NCBI GenBank assembly: GCA_051942205.1
Contig: JAVECO010000031.1
Coordinates: forward strand, 62,001 to 126,000
Source: Coniocarpon cinnabarinum
Lineage: Eukaryota
Direction: 5' to 3'
DNA length: 64,000 nucleotides
Shown here: positions 1 through 11,174 of the stretch, piece by piece
Numbering within the stretch: position 1 is the stretch's first letter
Layout of the letters: every line of letters starts with the position of its first letter
Program-made: the position numbers and the translations under genes
The notes under the pieces: generated by a model
What the model saw: the letters and a program-made list of their open reading frames with translations, nothing else
Database searches by the model: none
What the model was told of the DNA's origin: nothing

Positions 1-1970
1 TGTCTAATCATGTTCGCAGGCAGGGATCTGTCTCGGGCATTACCATGTCGCGGGAGGCTGCTGCGGAAGATAACCTCGATTTCGAAAAACTCCAGCTTAT
101 TCTCAAATGGGGCGGTGAACCTACACATTCAGCACGATACCAGTCTCAGGAGCTCGGCGAGAACATGCGGAACGATCTGCTGCTTATGAATCGGAACTGC
201 ATCGACGACTTGGCTGTTTACAGTAGCTCGGAACGTCGTTCAACAACGAGTGCGCAAATGTGGACGGCTTCGTTCCTCAACAAGAATGAGGTTCCAACGG
301 ACTACATCCAAATTCGAAAAGACATCTTGGACGATTCTAATGCTGCCAAGGACGAAACAGACAAGGTCAAGAAGAAGCTTAAGACTCTTCTTCGTAAAGG
401 TCATCAAGCTCCTCCCCAGTTCGCATGGCCCGAGAATATGCCTGAGCCTTACATTGTAGCTCACAATGTGGTAGAGCTCATGAAATTTCACCGCGTCGTG
501 CTACGCGACAACTTCAAGATCTTGAATAACAGTACTGCTTCTGCGTCTCTGACTGCTGCTGCTAAGGCTAATTCAGGCTCCAAGTCACCCCGGCTTGGCG
601 TTTTCCAAGATCAAGGCCGGGCAATGACAAAAACACAAGCCGTGGGCAACATTCAGAACCGGTGGTGCTCAGGAGAAGATGCGGACCTATTCAAAGAGAG
701 ATGGGAAAAGCTCTTTGATGAATTCTGTGATCCTGACAAGGTAGATCCCAGCAAAATCTCAGAGCTGCATGATACCATGAAATATGACGCCCTTCACAAT
801 CGTCAATTCCTGGAATGGATCTTTGCGCCATCGCCGGAGCTGCTACAATCGTATTTTGGTCCCGGTGTCAAGACCCCTGACGATGAGATTCCGCCAGAAA
901 GCAAAGAGACTCATGTTCGTTCCGATACCATGAAGAGCCAACATCACCAAGCAGACAAACCAGCTGCGAAGGAAGCCCACGAGCGCACAGGCACATTTCC
1001 GCACTTCTTCCGCAAACGAGCATTCATCGACCCAAACACTGTCTCCAAGAGCATATCTGAAGCAGCTGCAGAATCCTACTTCAATCTATTCAAAGGAGTT
1101 CCACGTCCGAACGCAAAGACCGATCAGCGTCTCGAGAAGCTCCGCGAGCTCTTCCTATACACCAAAGTTCTCTTCGATTACGTCGGTCCGCAAGAATACG
1201 GTATCCTCGACAGCGAAAAGCTCGAGATCGGACTCCTCACATCGCTACCCCTCCTCCGCGCCATCGTCAACGACCTCGAAGACATGCAAGCCAGCGAGGG
1301 CGCCAAAACATCCGCCTACTTCACCAAAGAAAGTCACATCTACACCCTCCTCAACTGCATCATTGAAGGGGGCGTCAATACGAAAATCGAACGCAACAAG
1401 ATTCCTGAGCTCGATTACCTCAGCACTATCTCCTTTGAGCTTTACGAATCCGCGAATATGCCCCACCCGCCTGCGTCGGCGTCTTCGATTCGTACATCGG
1501 CTTCGGATACGAATGCGACGCAGTTTGATTCGCAACAGACTGCGGCAATGGCTTCGAGTGATAAGCTCAAGTCGCCTTCGCTTGGCACAACCGACGATGC
1601 TTTTAACTACTCTATTCGCATCACGATCTCGCCAGGCTGTCACACTTTCGAGCCTCTTGACGTTCAGCTTGATAGTCGACACACCATTGGTTTCGCGCAG
1701 CGGAGAAGTCTAACGGCGCATAACGACTATCGCTCTGTCATTGAAACTTTGAGAGATAAGTTCCACACGGTCAAGTTGCCGAAGAGTTTCGTGGCAGTGA
1801 ATCTGAGCGAGAAGGTCCCGCAGGCTTTCATCGGGCCGAAAGAAGAGGATGCAGCCAATCAGTCGGACGGGGATGAAATGGAGAACGGAGAGGAGAAGGT
1901 GGATGCGGATAAAGCTTTGGGTATCAGTCTGGCCGATGAGAAGATGAAGGAGGCGATGACCGAGAGCTAG
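1..1970 (+). CDS. VIP1: Inositol hexakisphosphate/diphosphoinositol-pentakisphosphate kinase (Vip1/Asp1), C-terminal histidine-phosphatase-like half; 5'-truncated by the window
   Basis: The frame is open from the window start. Vip1-type segments: KLQLILKWGGEPTHSARYQSQELGENMR, SSSERR, DPSKISELHDTMKYDALHNRQFL, YFTKESHIYTLLN, PELDYLSTISFELYE. Confidence 0.93.
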   Translation, partial: SNHVRRQGSVSGITMSREAAAEDNLDFEKLQLILKWGGEPTHSARYQSQELGENMRNDLLLMNRNCIDDLAVYSSSERRSTTSAQMWTASFLNKNEVPTDYIQIRKDILDDSNAAKDETDKVKKKLKTLLRKGHQAPPQFAWPENMPEPYIVAHNVVELMKFHRVVLRDNFKILNNSTASASLTAAAKANSGSKSPRLGVFQDQGRAMTKTQAVGNIQNRWCSGEDADLFKERWEKLFDEFCDPDKVDPSKISELHDTMKYDALHNRQFLEWIFAPSPELLQSYFGPGVKTPDDEIPPESKETHVRSDTMKSQHHQADKPAAKEAHERTGTFPHFFRKRAFIDPNTVSKSISEAAAESYFNLFKGVPRPNAKTDQRLEKLRELFLYTKVLFDYVGPQEYGILDSEKLEIGLLTSLPLLRAIVNDLEDMQASEGAKTSAYFTKESHIYTLLNCIIEGGVNTKIERNKIPELDYLSTISFELYESANMPHPPASASSIRTSASDTNATQFDSQQTAAMASSDKLKSPSLGTTDDAFNYSIRITISPGCHTFEPLDVQLDSRHTIGFAQRRSLTAHNDYRSVIETLRDKFHTVKLPKSFVAVNLSEKVPQAFIGPKEEDAANQSDGDEMENGEEKVDADKALGISLADEKMKEAMTES

Positions 1971-1985
1971 GATGGTGTTCAGTGA

Positions 1986-2205
1986 GTGAGAGCCGATGTA
2001 GTTCTATTGTTAGTCACTCGGCAAAGCGTCGACTCCCACAGACAACACATCTCTGTGGGAGCTCGGGAATTCTTTGTGAAAGCCGACTCATTACGCGGTC
2101 AAATAGTCACGGATCAAAAGGTCGGCTCCCACAGAAGAGAAATCCGTGTGGGAGCTTGGCTTTTCTCTGTGGGAGCCGACTCATTCCGTGGTCAATAAAT
2201 CACTT
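1986..2205. repeat. Degenerate tandem repeat, ~93-bp unit x ~2.3, each unit with an internal inverted repeat
   Basis: GTCGACTCCCACAGA at 2028 and GTCGGCTCCCACAGA at 2121 (93 bp apart); TAGTCAC at 2011 and 2104. Perfect 15-bp inverted repeat 2121-2135 / 2166-2180. CTCCCACAGA...TCTGTGGGAG hairpin in the first unit. Confidence 0.85.
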
Positions 2206-2325
2206 GGTCCGTTGAACATGAGCAAAACACAGAGGACTTCTGTAGTCTTAGACTGCCTGTTGGCAATATACTTGACTCACATTCCGACATTCGCTCTATT
2301 TGACACACGTAGTACCTTTTCATGA

Positions 2326-3867
2326 TTACTTTGACCAGTGCATATTCTGAACAATTGCGCCAGCGTTCAAAACGCGCTCATCATCACCTACCTGTCCAAT
2401 AATCTGGACACCCCACGCGTCAGGCCCCGGAACGTTCAAACTCGGCAACCCCGCCAAACTGGCGGGAACCGTAAAAACATCGGCTGTGTATTGCTTCAAC
2501 GGATCAGCCTCTAGTTCCGCTTCTAAATCGGCTAGTCTCGGCGGGGGCGAAGATGTCGTCGGCGTCAGTAGCACGTCCACTTTCAGGTCCGTCTTACTTT
2601 CCACGCTATCAGATGTGGAATCTTGCTGACCAGCCGCAGAGTCCTGCAATGGATTTTGTAACGCGAAGACATTGTCGAAGTCGCGACACACGAGTCGTCG
2701 TATTCGCTGAGCGCGGATGAAATAATTGTCTTTTGCTTCGGCGGAGAGCGTGTAGGCACCTAATAATATGCGGCGTTGGACTTCCGGACCGAGAGTGCTG
2801 CCTCTTGTAGTGGTGTAGAGGGCGTTGCCTGGGCCTACATTTTGCAGAGATGGCGAGACTTGATGGGTCGATGCAGGGCTCTGGGAGGAGGAAGCGGATA
2901 ATGTGGATGAGGTTGAGGAAGCCGCGTCTGGGGCTGTCGGAGAGCCATATCGCACGCCGTCGTATTTAGCAAGGTTGGAACTTGCTTCTGCTGGCGCGAG
3001 GATGTAGTATGCGGACAGTGCTTGCTTCGTGTGAGGCAAACTCACACCACGAATGCTGTGGCCGTCTTGCTCTAGCGTTTTCAATGTCCTTCCCCACAAT
3101 TCTCTCCATTTGGGGGTCAGCTTTTTAATATTGTATTCTCTCGGTACACCAATACGCAACTTTCGCCTCTTTTCTCTCTTTCCTACCACCTGCTGCACCC
3201 TGCTCCTCGTCTTTGGTCTCCAATTCGTAGGATCTTTCTCATCGTACGCATCACACACTTGAAACAATTCCTTGACGCTTTTGACATCGCGTCCGAGAAA
3301 GCCAACCGTATCCAGACTGTTGGCATAAGCCACGACGCCCCATCGTGAGACACGTCCATACGTCGGTTTAAATCCAACAATCCCATTCCACGCCGCAGGT
3401 AATCGCACGCTACCACCTGTATCAGTGCCAAGCGCACTTGTCGCCATTCCATCCGCCACAGCTACCGCACTGCCCCCAGAGCTGCCGCCAGCGGAATTTC
3501 CAGATAACGTCTGCACAGCACCGAAAAACGAGTGGGTTGAATGCGATCCCATTCCGAACTCATCGAGGTTCGTCTTGCCGGCTACAGAGGCGCCGGCTTT
3601 GAGTAAGAGATCGATGACTGTGGCGTTGTAGGGAGGCGTGTAGGAGCGAAGATTGGAAGAGCCGCATGTGGTGGTTAGGGAAGTCGTGGAGATATTGTCT
3701 TTGATTGCGATGGACTGCATGGAAAGGGGTCCATCGTGGTGGTCAGAATCGGGCGAGCGCAGGGGTTTAGAGGGTTGAGTGATGAAGGCGTTGAGGCCTT
3801 TCGCCTCGGCCTTTGGGGTCGTTACATAGTTCCGCGTGTGATTGAGTATGCGCTGGAGGAGGCGCAT
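2326..3867 (-). CDS. HER2: Glutamyl-tRNA(Gln) amidotransferase subunit A, mitochondrial (amidase signature family)
   Basis: Intronless 513-aa ORF with IAIKDNI, GKTNLDEFGMGS, GGSSGGSA, GTDTGGSVRLPA, AEASSNLAKYDGVRYG and EVQRRILLG. Basic presequence-like N-terminus. Confidence 0.93.
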   Translation of the reverse strand: MRLLQRILNHTRNYVTTPKAEAKGLNAFITQPSKPLRSPDSDHHDGPLSMQSIAIKDNISTTSLTTTCGSSNLRSYTPPYNATVIDLLLKAGASVAGKTNLDEFGMGSHSTHSFFGAVQTLSGNSAGGSSGGSAVAVADGMATSALGTDTGGSVRLPAAWNGIVGFKPTYGRVSRWGVVAYANSLDTVGFLGRDVKSVKELFQVCDAYDEKDPTNWRPKTRSRVQQVVGKREKRRKLRIGVPREYNIKKLTPKWRELWGRTLKTLEQDGHSIRGVSLPHTKQALSAYYILAPAEASSNLAKYDGVRYGSPTAPDAASSTSSTLSASSSQSPASTHQVSPSLQNVGPGNALYTTTRGSTLGPEVQRRILLGAYTLSAEAKDNYFIRAQRIRRLVCRDFDNVFALQNPLQDSAAGQQDSTSDSVESKTDLKVDVLLTPTTSSPPPRLADLEAELEADPLKQYTADVFTVPASLAGLPSLNVPGPDAWGVQIIGQVGDDERVLNAGAIVQNMHWSK

Positions 3868-4077
3868 ACGGATGGATGCTCAAACTAATGCCCTTGTCGA
3901 GAGAGATCAAGCATGAAGTCGAGATAGGGAGTAAGGGGCAAGATGTCGACAGATTGCGCTGCCGCCTCTTGTGAGTACCCAGATGACCATATCAGCTGCC
4001 GCCTTCTCTCAATTTTTTCGTCTTCATGGAGCTATCATTGCGTTCCTGACGCCTACTGTCTGCGAAACGGACCAAGA

Positions 4078-5913
4078 ATGAAGATAATATCCCAAATCAC
4101 GTTGCTGGCGACGCTGCTCCTCCCTGTCCTGATCCACGCCGCTCAACCCTCCGCACCCTCTCCGATTCCAGCACCCCTCCGTGACCTCCAATGGGGCGCG
4201 CTGAACTTTTTGGCCACGACAGATACGCATGGATGGCACGCCGGACATCTGCAACAAGCCTCCTACTCCGCCGACTGGGGCGACTACATCTCCTTCGCGA
4301 CTCATCTCCGCTCACTTGCCGACGCCGAAGGGTTTGACCTCCTCCTGGTCGATACTGGTGATCGGATCGAGGGCAATGGTCTTTATGACGCGAGCTCACC
4401 CAAGGGACTTTATACATTTGATATCTTCACTCAACAGCATATCGATATCCTCTGCAGTGGGAATCACGAGCTCTACAAATCTCACAGCGTTGAGAACGAG
4501 CGGAACACGACGGCCCCGGCGTTCGCGGATAGCTATATTGCATCGAACCTCGACGTGTTGAATCCTGCTACAAACGAGTTCGAACCACTTGCTCCGCGCT
4601 TCCGCAAAATTACGACAAAGAATCAAGGAATTCGCATCATGGCTTTTGGCTTCATCTTTGACTTCCAACAATTTGCGTCCAACGCCCGCGTCCAGCTTGT
4701 CGAAGACGCCATCAAAGAGTCGTGGTTCCAAGAAGCGATTCGAGACCCCGAGGTCGATCTGTTCGTTGTGGCGGGCCATGTCGGCGCAGATGCCGAGGAG
4801 TATCGTCTAATATTTGAGGCAATCCGAAAGCAACGATGGGATGCACAGATCCAATTCTTTGCGGGACACACGCATATTCGAGACTTCAAAAAATACGATC
4901 GGAAGGCGTTCGCGATGGAAAGCGGGCGGTACATGGAGACGCTTGGGTTTCTGTCGATTGACGGTATTAAAGGCGGTGGTCTGAATGCTGAAGCAAGCTT
5001 GGAAATTAGTGCTGCGACGCCGAAAGTCAGACGGAAATATATTGACAATAATCTGTACTCTTTACATCATCACTCTTTGACTAACTCAAGCACTTTTGAC
5101 ACGCCACTCGGTCGTAACGTTTCCAACCAGATTGCGCAAGCTCGGACGGCTCTCAAGCTTGATGACCGCCATGGCTGTGCCCCAAAAGATCTGTGGATCG
5201 ATCGCGTCGCGATCGACGATAGCAACAGCATCTTCCGCTGGCTATCTGAGGAGATGCTACCGGATACTCTGACCGATCTGGACAACGCAACGACACCAAA
5301 AATCGTTCTTTTGAACTCAGGAGCCGTCCGCTTTGATATCTTCCAAGGTAATTTCACACGCGATGCCGCATTCCTCGTCTCACCGTTTGAATCGGGCTTC
5401 CGACAGATCAAAAACGTAAACGCGCAAGTCGCGAAACGACTCTTGAATGTTCTGAATAACGAAGCGCACATCCTTGCATCTCTAGACTCAACCTTAGACG
5501 CAAGGTCACTTTTACCGCCTGAGCACATCACGCCGCGACCCGCTCATCCAGAATCTGCAAAGCTTGAGCTCCGTGATGCGCAAAAACCACTCAAAGACGG
5601 CAATCCCGTCTTATTTCCCGGGTACACGACCCACGACGACGCTGGTTTTGACGGCGACGATACATTACACACACCTATCCCCTTCGTTCGCGCACCCAAC
5701 GTGGTACAGAGCCTCGTTGACTTTCCGGGAGAGGACAATGACGTGCAGACGACCGATGTGGTGTACAATGGGTTCATTGAACCGTGGATCATTCTCGCCT
5801 TGCAATATTTGGGTGCGAAATATGATGGGAAGGACACGGAGTCAGTAATGGAAGATCGGTCGATGACGGATATGATGGTGAGTTGGATTCGGGAGAATTG
5901 GGGATGTGAATAA
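4078..5913 (+). CDS. Secreted/vacuolar calcineurin-like metallophosphoesterase, 5'-nucleotidase family (yeast YHR202W-like)
   Basis: Signal peptide from the ATG at 4078 (MKIISQITLLATLLLPVLIHAA). Motifs TTDTHGW, DTGDRIEGNGL, GNHELY and GHTHIRD; C-terminal GYTTHDDAGFDGDDTLH. Confidence 0.85.
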   Translation: MKIISQITLLATLLLPVLIHAAQPSAPSPIPAPLRDLQWGALNFLATTDTHGWHAGHLQQASYSADWGDYISFATHLRSLADAEGFDLLLVDTGDRIEGNGLYDASSPKGLYTFDIFTQQHIDILCSGNHELYKSHSVENERNTTAPAFADSYIASNLDVLNPATNEFEPLAPRFRKITTKNQGIRIMAFGFIFDFQQFASNARVQLVEDAIKESWFQEAIRDPEVDLFVVAGHVGADAEEYRLIFEAIRKQRWDAQIQFFAGHTHIRDFKKYDRKAFAMESGRYMETLGFLSIDGIKGGGLNAEASLEISAATPKVRRKYIDNNLYSLHHHSLTNSSTFDTPLGRNVSNQIAQARTALKLDDRHGCAPKDLWIDRVAIDDSNSIFRWLSEEMLPDTLTDLDNATTPKIVLLNSGAVRFDIFQGNFTRDAAFLVSPFESGFRQIKNVNAQVAKRLLNVLNNEAHILASLDSTLDARSLLPPEHITPRPAHPESAKLELRDAQKPLKDGNPVLFPGYTTHDDAGFDGDDTLHTPIPFVRAPNVVQSLVDFPGEDNDVQTTDVVYNGFIEPWIILALQYLGAKYDGKDTESVMEDRSMTDMMVSWIRENWGCE

Positions 5914-6847
5914 GCAAGCTTGATTCTCGATGTTGTAAGTATAGATCAGCAGAGACACACTCTCTACAGGTCGGACCATGTCACATTGACAATGGAGTGC
6001 ATGGCATAATGGACAGCGAAGCCGAACGCGCCTCTGCGAAGTCGAGATGATCATGTCTATGAGGTGCTACGCGAAAGGAGCAATCGTCCGAATTGACGGA
6101 AGCATAATACTCGTTCGCGCGAGCTTGAGGTAAATACGGAAAGGCGGAAACAGTGCGCCGACTGAAAGGGGCAGCATTAAGAGGGAAGGCATTCGGAAGT
6201 GCAAGAGGTTGGATGGGGCCAAAGACGTAAGCGAAAGGTGCGATGAGTCCCGTGTTATCAGAGAAGAAATGGATATCAAGCGTAGAATTGTACCGTGGTG
6301 CAGAGCGCACATATACGCCAATGAATGACCAACTTCTCTCATCTCTTGTTACGATTACTTCGAACTTCATGAGCGCCAATCCAAATTAAAGGGCAATCGC
6401 GAAGATACGCTAAGTCCCGCGCAATGATGTTGTCGAGTAGTTGCAGAGATGCAACGAGACTCAATATACAGTACAAGAATTTCGCAAAGTGTACAGAAGT
6501 ACTCCTCTATTGACGAATACCCCACGCCTCTCGCTATCCAATACACATGACTTTGACCCTTGCATATTCTGGCTCATCCTGTTCACCTGTTTGCGTCGTT
6601 CGTCGTTCGAACTTGATCATTGCTGATACACGTGGTGGTCACTTTGAGCCTGGACGTATACCGCACTGCCTATCTATGTGTTTGAGTTTTGGTCGCCGTT
6701 TTGATCGCTGGAGCAGTCCATAGCTAACATCAATGAAGGCTGCACGGCTCCAATTCCTTCATTCGCCAGCGAATCCGCGTCATGTTCTGAACTCCCAAGC
6801 TGTGAAGTTATGCTGTGCTCATTTCGTACACAAGACCGTGAGTCGTC

Positions 6848-8584
6848 TCAGTCTCTCGCACACTCCACCAAGATTCTCTCCGTCTCCAGCGTCTCGAATC
6901 CCCAAGCTCGACATCCCCCCTCCTCAAATGGCCCCCTCCTCCAGCGCCTCCCCAGCCACCGAATCAACTCCAGATACCTCCTTTGTCTCTCCTTCCCTAG
7001 CCTCTGATCCAACTCATACCGCACCAGCGATGGCATGTGCATCTCCAGCAGATCCCGCCTCGACTCGTCGTCCGCATCACTCGGCGCCGTGCAGTCATCC
7101 AGCAACTGCAAGTGCCTCAGCCGCGGCAGCCGGAACGACGGCGTCGAATTACAAAGTTTGAGGATCGAAAACCGCGTCGTGGGCAACAGGAGCGTGTCGA
7201 GCGTTTCGCCGCAGGATCCGGCCATGCTGTTGAAATGCTCAAGCTTGAGCCTGATTTCGAAGACATGTGCGATGATGCCGAAACGCTCCAGACGCGTCCA
7301 GTGGTGGATGACGGTGGGCATGACGTCCAACCCCATCTTTTGCTCGTACGCGTTAGCCCAGTGGAGGATGAACATTTCTATTTTAGGAGTGGAGCGGATG
7401 AAATTCGCGAAGACGTGAGCAAAACGGTGCATGGTGTCGGCCATGATCTCGCTAGCGACTTCGCCGATGTCGACATGTGTGAGAGTGGGAATACGAGCAA
7501 GATCCTGTAGCAGATCCAAGATGTGCGAGTCGTAGCGGCGGGTGTAGCTGATGAGATTCACAGTGATGGATTTAAGGGTTTTGATTGCGGGGAGGAGCAA
7601 AGGAATGAGGGCGGATGTCCCACGGTCGTATTCGTAGACGGAGAGGTGCCGAAGGTTTGACTGGGTATTAAAGTAGAGTTGCTCGCGGAAGGCGCTATTA
7701 GAGTGGATGTCTTCGTCAAAGTCCTGCGGCAAAGGTATTGAGAGGAGTTGGAAATTCATTCGCTTGAAGCAGTGGTTGAGAACTCGCACGAAGGCTAGAG
7801 TGGCGTCTTTAGGATGTTCTGGAAGCCAGAGATGGGTAAGATCCGGGACGTGTTGGATCATTGCCAGGAGATGGGGCCACAGCGAGTTAGATAACGTATT
7901 ACGACAGGAAAGCGCCCGGAGATTTGGGCAAACCTTGGGTGCATCCATGAGAAACTCCTCTATTCTGTGGCATCCGCTGCTGATGCTGAGGTATCGAAGA
8001 TATTTTGTCAGCGTCTCCAACACAGGTCCGCGTGTGAGGTCGCGAAAGATGACAACGCGGGCATGGATATGTTCCAGAACTGGAAAGCAAGGTTAGCTAC
8101 TGACAATAGTCCGTGTTGAAGTATCACAGTTTCAAAATACTTGAGATACCGATAGGTTTGGCATTTTCAGTACCACGAGCACGGAGCACGCTGTTTGGGC
8201 GTCGACGGTGACAGCACACCCTAATGACTCACTCTTATACATCAACAGCTCTTTTTCAACACTTTCGGGGACAGCGTCGAAATTAAGTACTTTAACACAA
8301 GACAAGCATTTGCTCATACGGTGCCGATCCATGCTCAGGGATCTAGATAGGGCATGATGCGACAGCACTTCAAAGCCAGGTGCCAGCATCTGCACTTTCA
8401 GCAAGTTCAGGTCTCTACTCTGTCCCGAACATGCTCCATGCCAGAGCAAAGGATGAGCCTCAATGTTCCACGTTCGGTTCACGCGCGCACATTGTGCAAG
8501 TGTTGCGATGGTGTCGATCCAGCGGAAGATACTGTGGATGATCTCCGGTATCGATAGCGCTCTCTGCGCAGCTGATGTCGACAT
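6848..8584 (-). CDS. F-box domain protein with LRR-like C-terminal region (at least 2 exons)
   Basis: N-terminal F-box-like ALSIPEIIHSIF...LAQCARVNRTW...LLW. An intron ends at the acceptor CTAAC...CAG at ~8080 (donor uncertain, ~8232 or ~8149). The downstream exon has LxxLxL repeats (LRALSC, LTHLWL, LRHLSV, LRHLQL). Confidence 0.65.
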
Positions 8585-10193
8585 GTTCTCGCGCGTTGCT
8601 CTTGAGAAGTATTGGCCATCACTCACATATTGTAGCAAGAAGCAATGGTTTCATCAGTGAGGGAAGAGTTCTTAAGAGCGAAGGCCCCTGCGCCCTGTGG
8701 CAGCACGTGCATGCCATCCGCATCTGGTTTACAACTTCTGAGTATCCGGGCAGGAAGCGTTCCATTCCCAAAGGCCGCCGCGAGAGACCTGAAACGGCTC
8801 TGCTAGCATATTGAATCACCGGCACAAGACGGTTTCTTTATAAGTCGCTATCCTGCCGTCCGAAGGTCACCATCAAGTGTATATCATAAGGTTCGGCCCG
8901 ATCATTGCCGTTTTAGTCAAACAGTCCCGGACAAATCCCGAATACTCATGCCTACATGCTCGCCTGCATTAAACCTCGTCTTGGAAGTTCTTCTATGAGA
9001 ATTGCGCATCAAATTAGCAGATATGACATTAGCAAGATGAGGCCGTAGTTCAAGCTACTCAAGAAGTAGTCGTTGCCGCACAGATCCGACGTCGAGACCT
9101 CAACATGTCGAGGTCTATCAAGCTTTCGAGATCAAAGCTCAGGAAAAGTTGACATCGTCCGCGTTTTGGGCATTTTCCGCTGGACGTGTTTGAGAAGAAA
9201 AGCCTGTTGCTTGGTAACGAATAGGACTTCGGAAGTCTCAATGGTTCAAGACTTACAGAGAATGGCCTACTCGACAACTGTACCGGTCGAGTAGAGCACA
9301 TGTCATGAAGACGTGTGATGCTGAAGTGGATGAGGCCGGCGGATTCATACGGCGACGCTGTAGAAGTACGGTCTCATTCAGTGGGGACTGCGCAAAATAT
9401 CATAGGTGTGAGGGTAATCTTCCTTCCCTTTTCTAGGCACAGGCCCGGCAAGGGCTGGGGACAAAAGTCATTGCCGGATGTCACCCTAGGCGACGAGCCT
9501 GTACGATAAGCACAATTCAGGTCACAAACCTACGAGTACAACAGCGAAAGGTCATCGTCAGCGAAACAACACTGAATTATTGTGCGGTAATGACTACCCC
9601 ACGAAGCCCTTGCGGTGATTTAGAAGGAAGGCACATGTCGCACAGCATCTTATTCAGGCGGTTGCAGTTACATAGATTAACAAGCACACGCATTTCTCAC
9701 GAATACGCTCACTGTCACACAAAAAAAAGACCGAGGTCCAATTAAGAAGGCCAAAAGTATGACATTCCCACTACCTACCACGCCCACACAAGCAAGCAGA
9801 GAAAACTCAATAGCTTCATATTCTGACTGAGCCGGGTGTCTTCCTTTCCGTCCTTTCTCTAAATCAATTTAGGCTCTCCAACACCCAAAGCAAAAGGAGC
9901 GGCGTCATTTGTTTTGTTGATTGAGTTATTTTCGATTTGCAGATTGATTGCGGCAAAGGAGAGAAAGCGTCGTGGTGAAGGGAGCGGCGTTAAGAACCTC
10001 AAGCAAACCCTGAACTCCAGAGGTTGTGAGACACAATCTTGAGTTGAGATGGGAGCGCTTTGGCAATTTCGGCCGCTCCCTTTAACCTCTTTCTTCCGTC
10101 CGAACAAACAAGACATACTCGAAACTCGCGACGAATCGCTGTCCATCATGCTGCATCTTCATCGGGTGACGTAGAAACAGCGGGGACAGCACA

Positions 10194-11174
10194 TTACACC
10201 GTCTTCGGCGTGGTGCTCGCCGCCTCCACATCATCCAAATGATTACACAGCGCGACGAACAAATCAAAAAACATGGGCCCGCCCTTGCTCATCTCCGCTT
10301 GCATGGTGCCGCTGCGCTTGAACGTCTTCCGAGCTCTCACAATGAGCGCGAGGAAGTGCGCGCGCAGCCGGCTGTCCGAATCGGGCGTGTGGGTGTATGC
10401 GAAGCGCATGCTCCGCAAAATCGTCCCCACGTCGATTCCAACTTGCAGACCCTGCTTGCGCAGTGCCAACTTCTGGAGTGCAGGCAGCTGATATGCCTGC
10501 GCCGCGCAGTAGACGGCGGTGTCACGCAGGATCGTGGCGCCAGTGACGGTGTGGAAGAGTGTCGCGCGATCGGCCAACTCATTCTTTTGGTGTTTCATGG
10601 ACGTAGTACTGGAATAAGGAGCGGCGTTGGCCACGTCCGCAGTAGCTCCATCGACGTAGTACGTCCCTGTCTTGCCCTTGAGCAAGGCTGGGGTGTAGTC
10701 GTCTTTGTAGAGATACTCGAGGACGTGGGAGAAGGTTTCGGGGTCCTCGTGGGGAAGGGAGAGGCGCTTGCCAAGTGCGCCGGTGGTGAAGTAGGCCTCG
10801 CGACAGCGTTGTGCGAAGACGGGAGACTTGTTTAAGATCTCTTCGTGTGCGGCGAAGAGGCGGGTGCCGGGGCCGACAGCGATGGTGACGATGGGCGCGG
10901 TGGGGGACAGGGGAGTCCTGTGGACGAGATGAGTTAGTGAGGGGGCGCGTGTATAACATGGTGTGAAGAAGTTGGTTCAATCAGTGTAAAAGCATGTAAG
11001 CGTAAACCAAGCGTACACAATTACATACCTCGTTGCGGGCGCCGTCACCTCCATCGACTCCAACAACTTCCTCTTTACCCCACCCTGACTTCCATCCCTT
11101 CCAAAGCTCCTCTTGGTAATCTTGGCCGGCTTGTTGCCATTGCGCTCCTTCATGCCGAATGAGCGTTTGAACAT
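10194..11174 (-). CDS. BTB/POZ domain protein (exons 11174-11029 and 10917-10194)
   Basis: GTATGT donor at 11028 and CTAAC...CAG acceptor at 10918 give PIVTIAVGPGTRLFAAHEEILNKSPVF...LPHEDPETFSHVLEYLYKDDY, followed by VYCAAQAYQLPALQKLALRK. Confidence 0.85.

Noticed and set aside
3943..4077. 45-aa N-terminal extension of the nucleotidase ORF
   Set aside because: The signal peptide begins at the ATG at 4078; the upstream part lies in the shared promoter.
5981..6379. 132-aa minus-strand ORF
   Set aside because: Non-ATG start and no recognisable motif; I cannot support it as a gene.
6733..7510. Overlapping plus-strand ORFs antisense to the F-box gene (similar cases at 10239-10835, 13403-14146 and 41409-41921)
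   Set aside because: Shadow or alternate-frame ORFs expected from GC-rich codon usage of the real genes.
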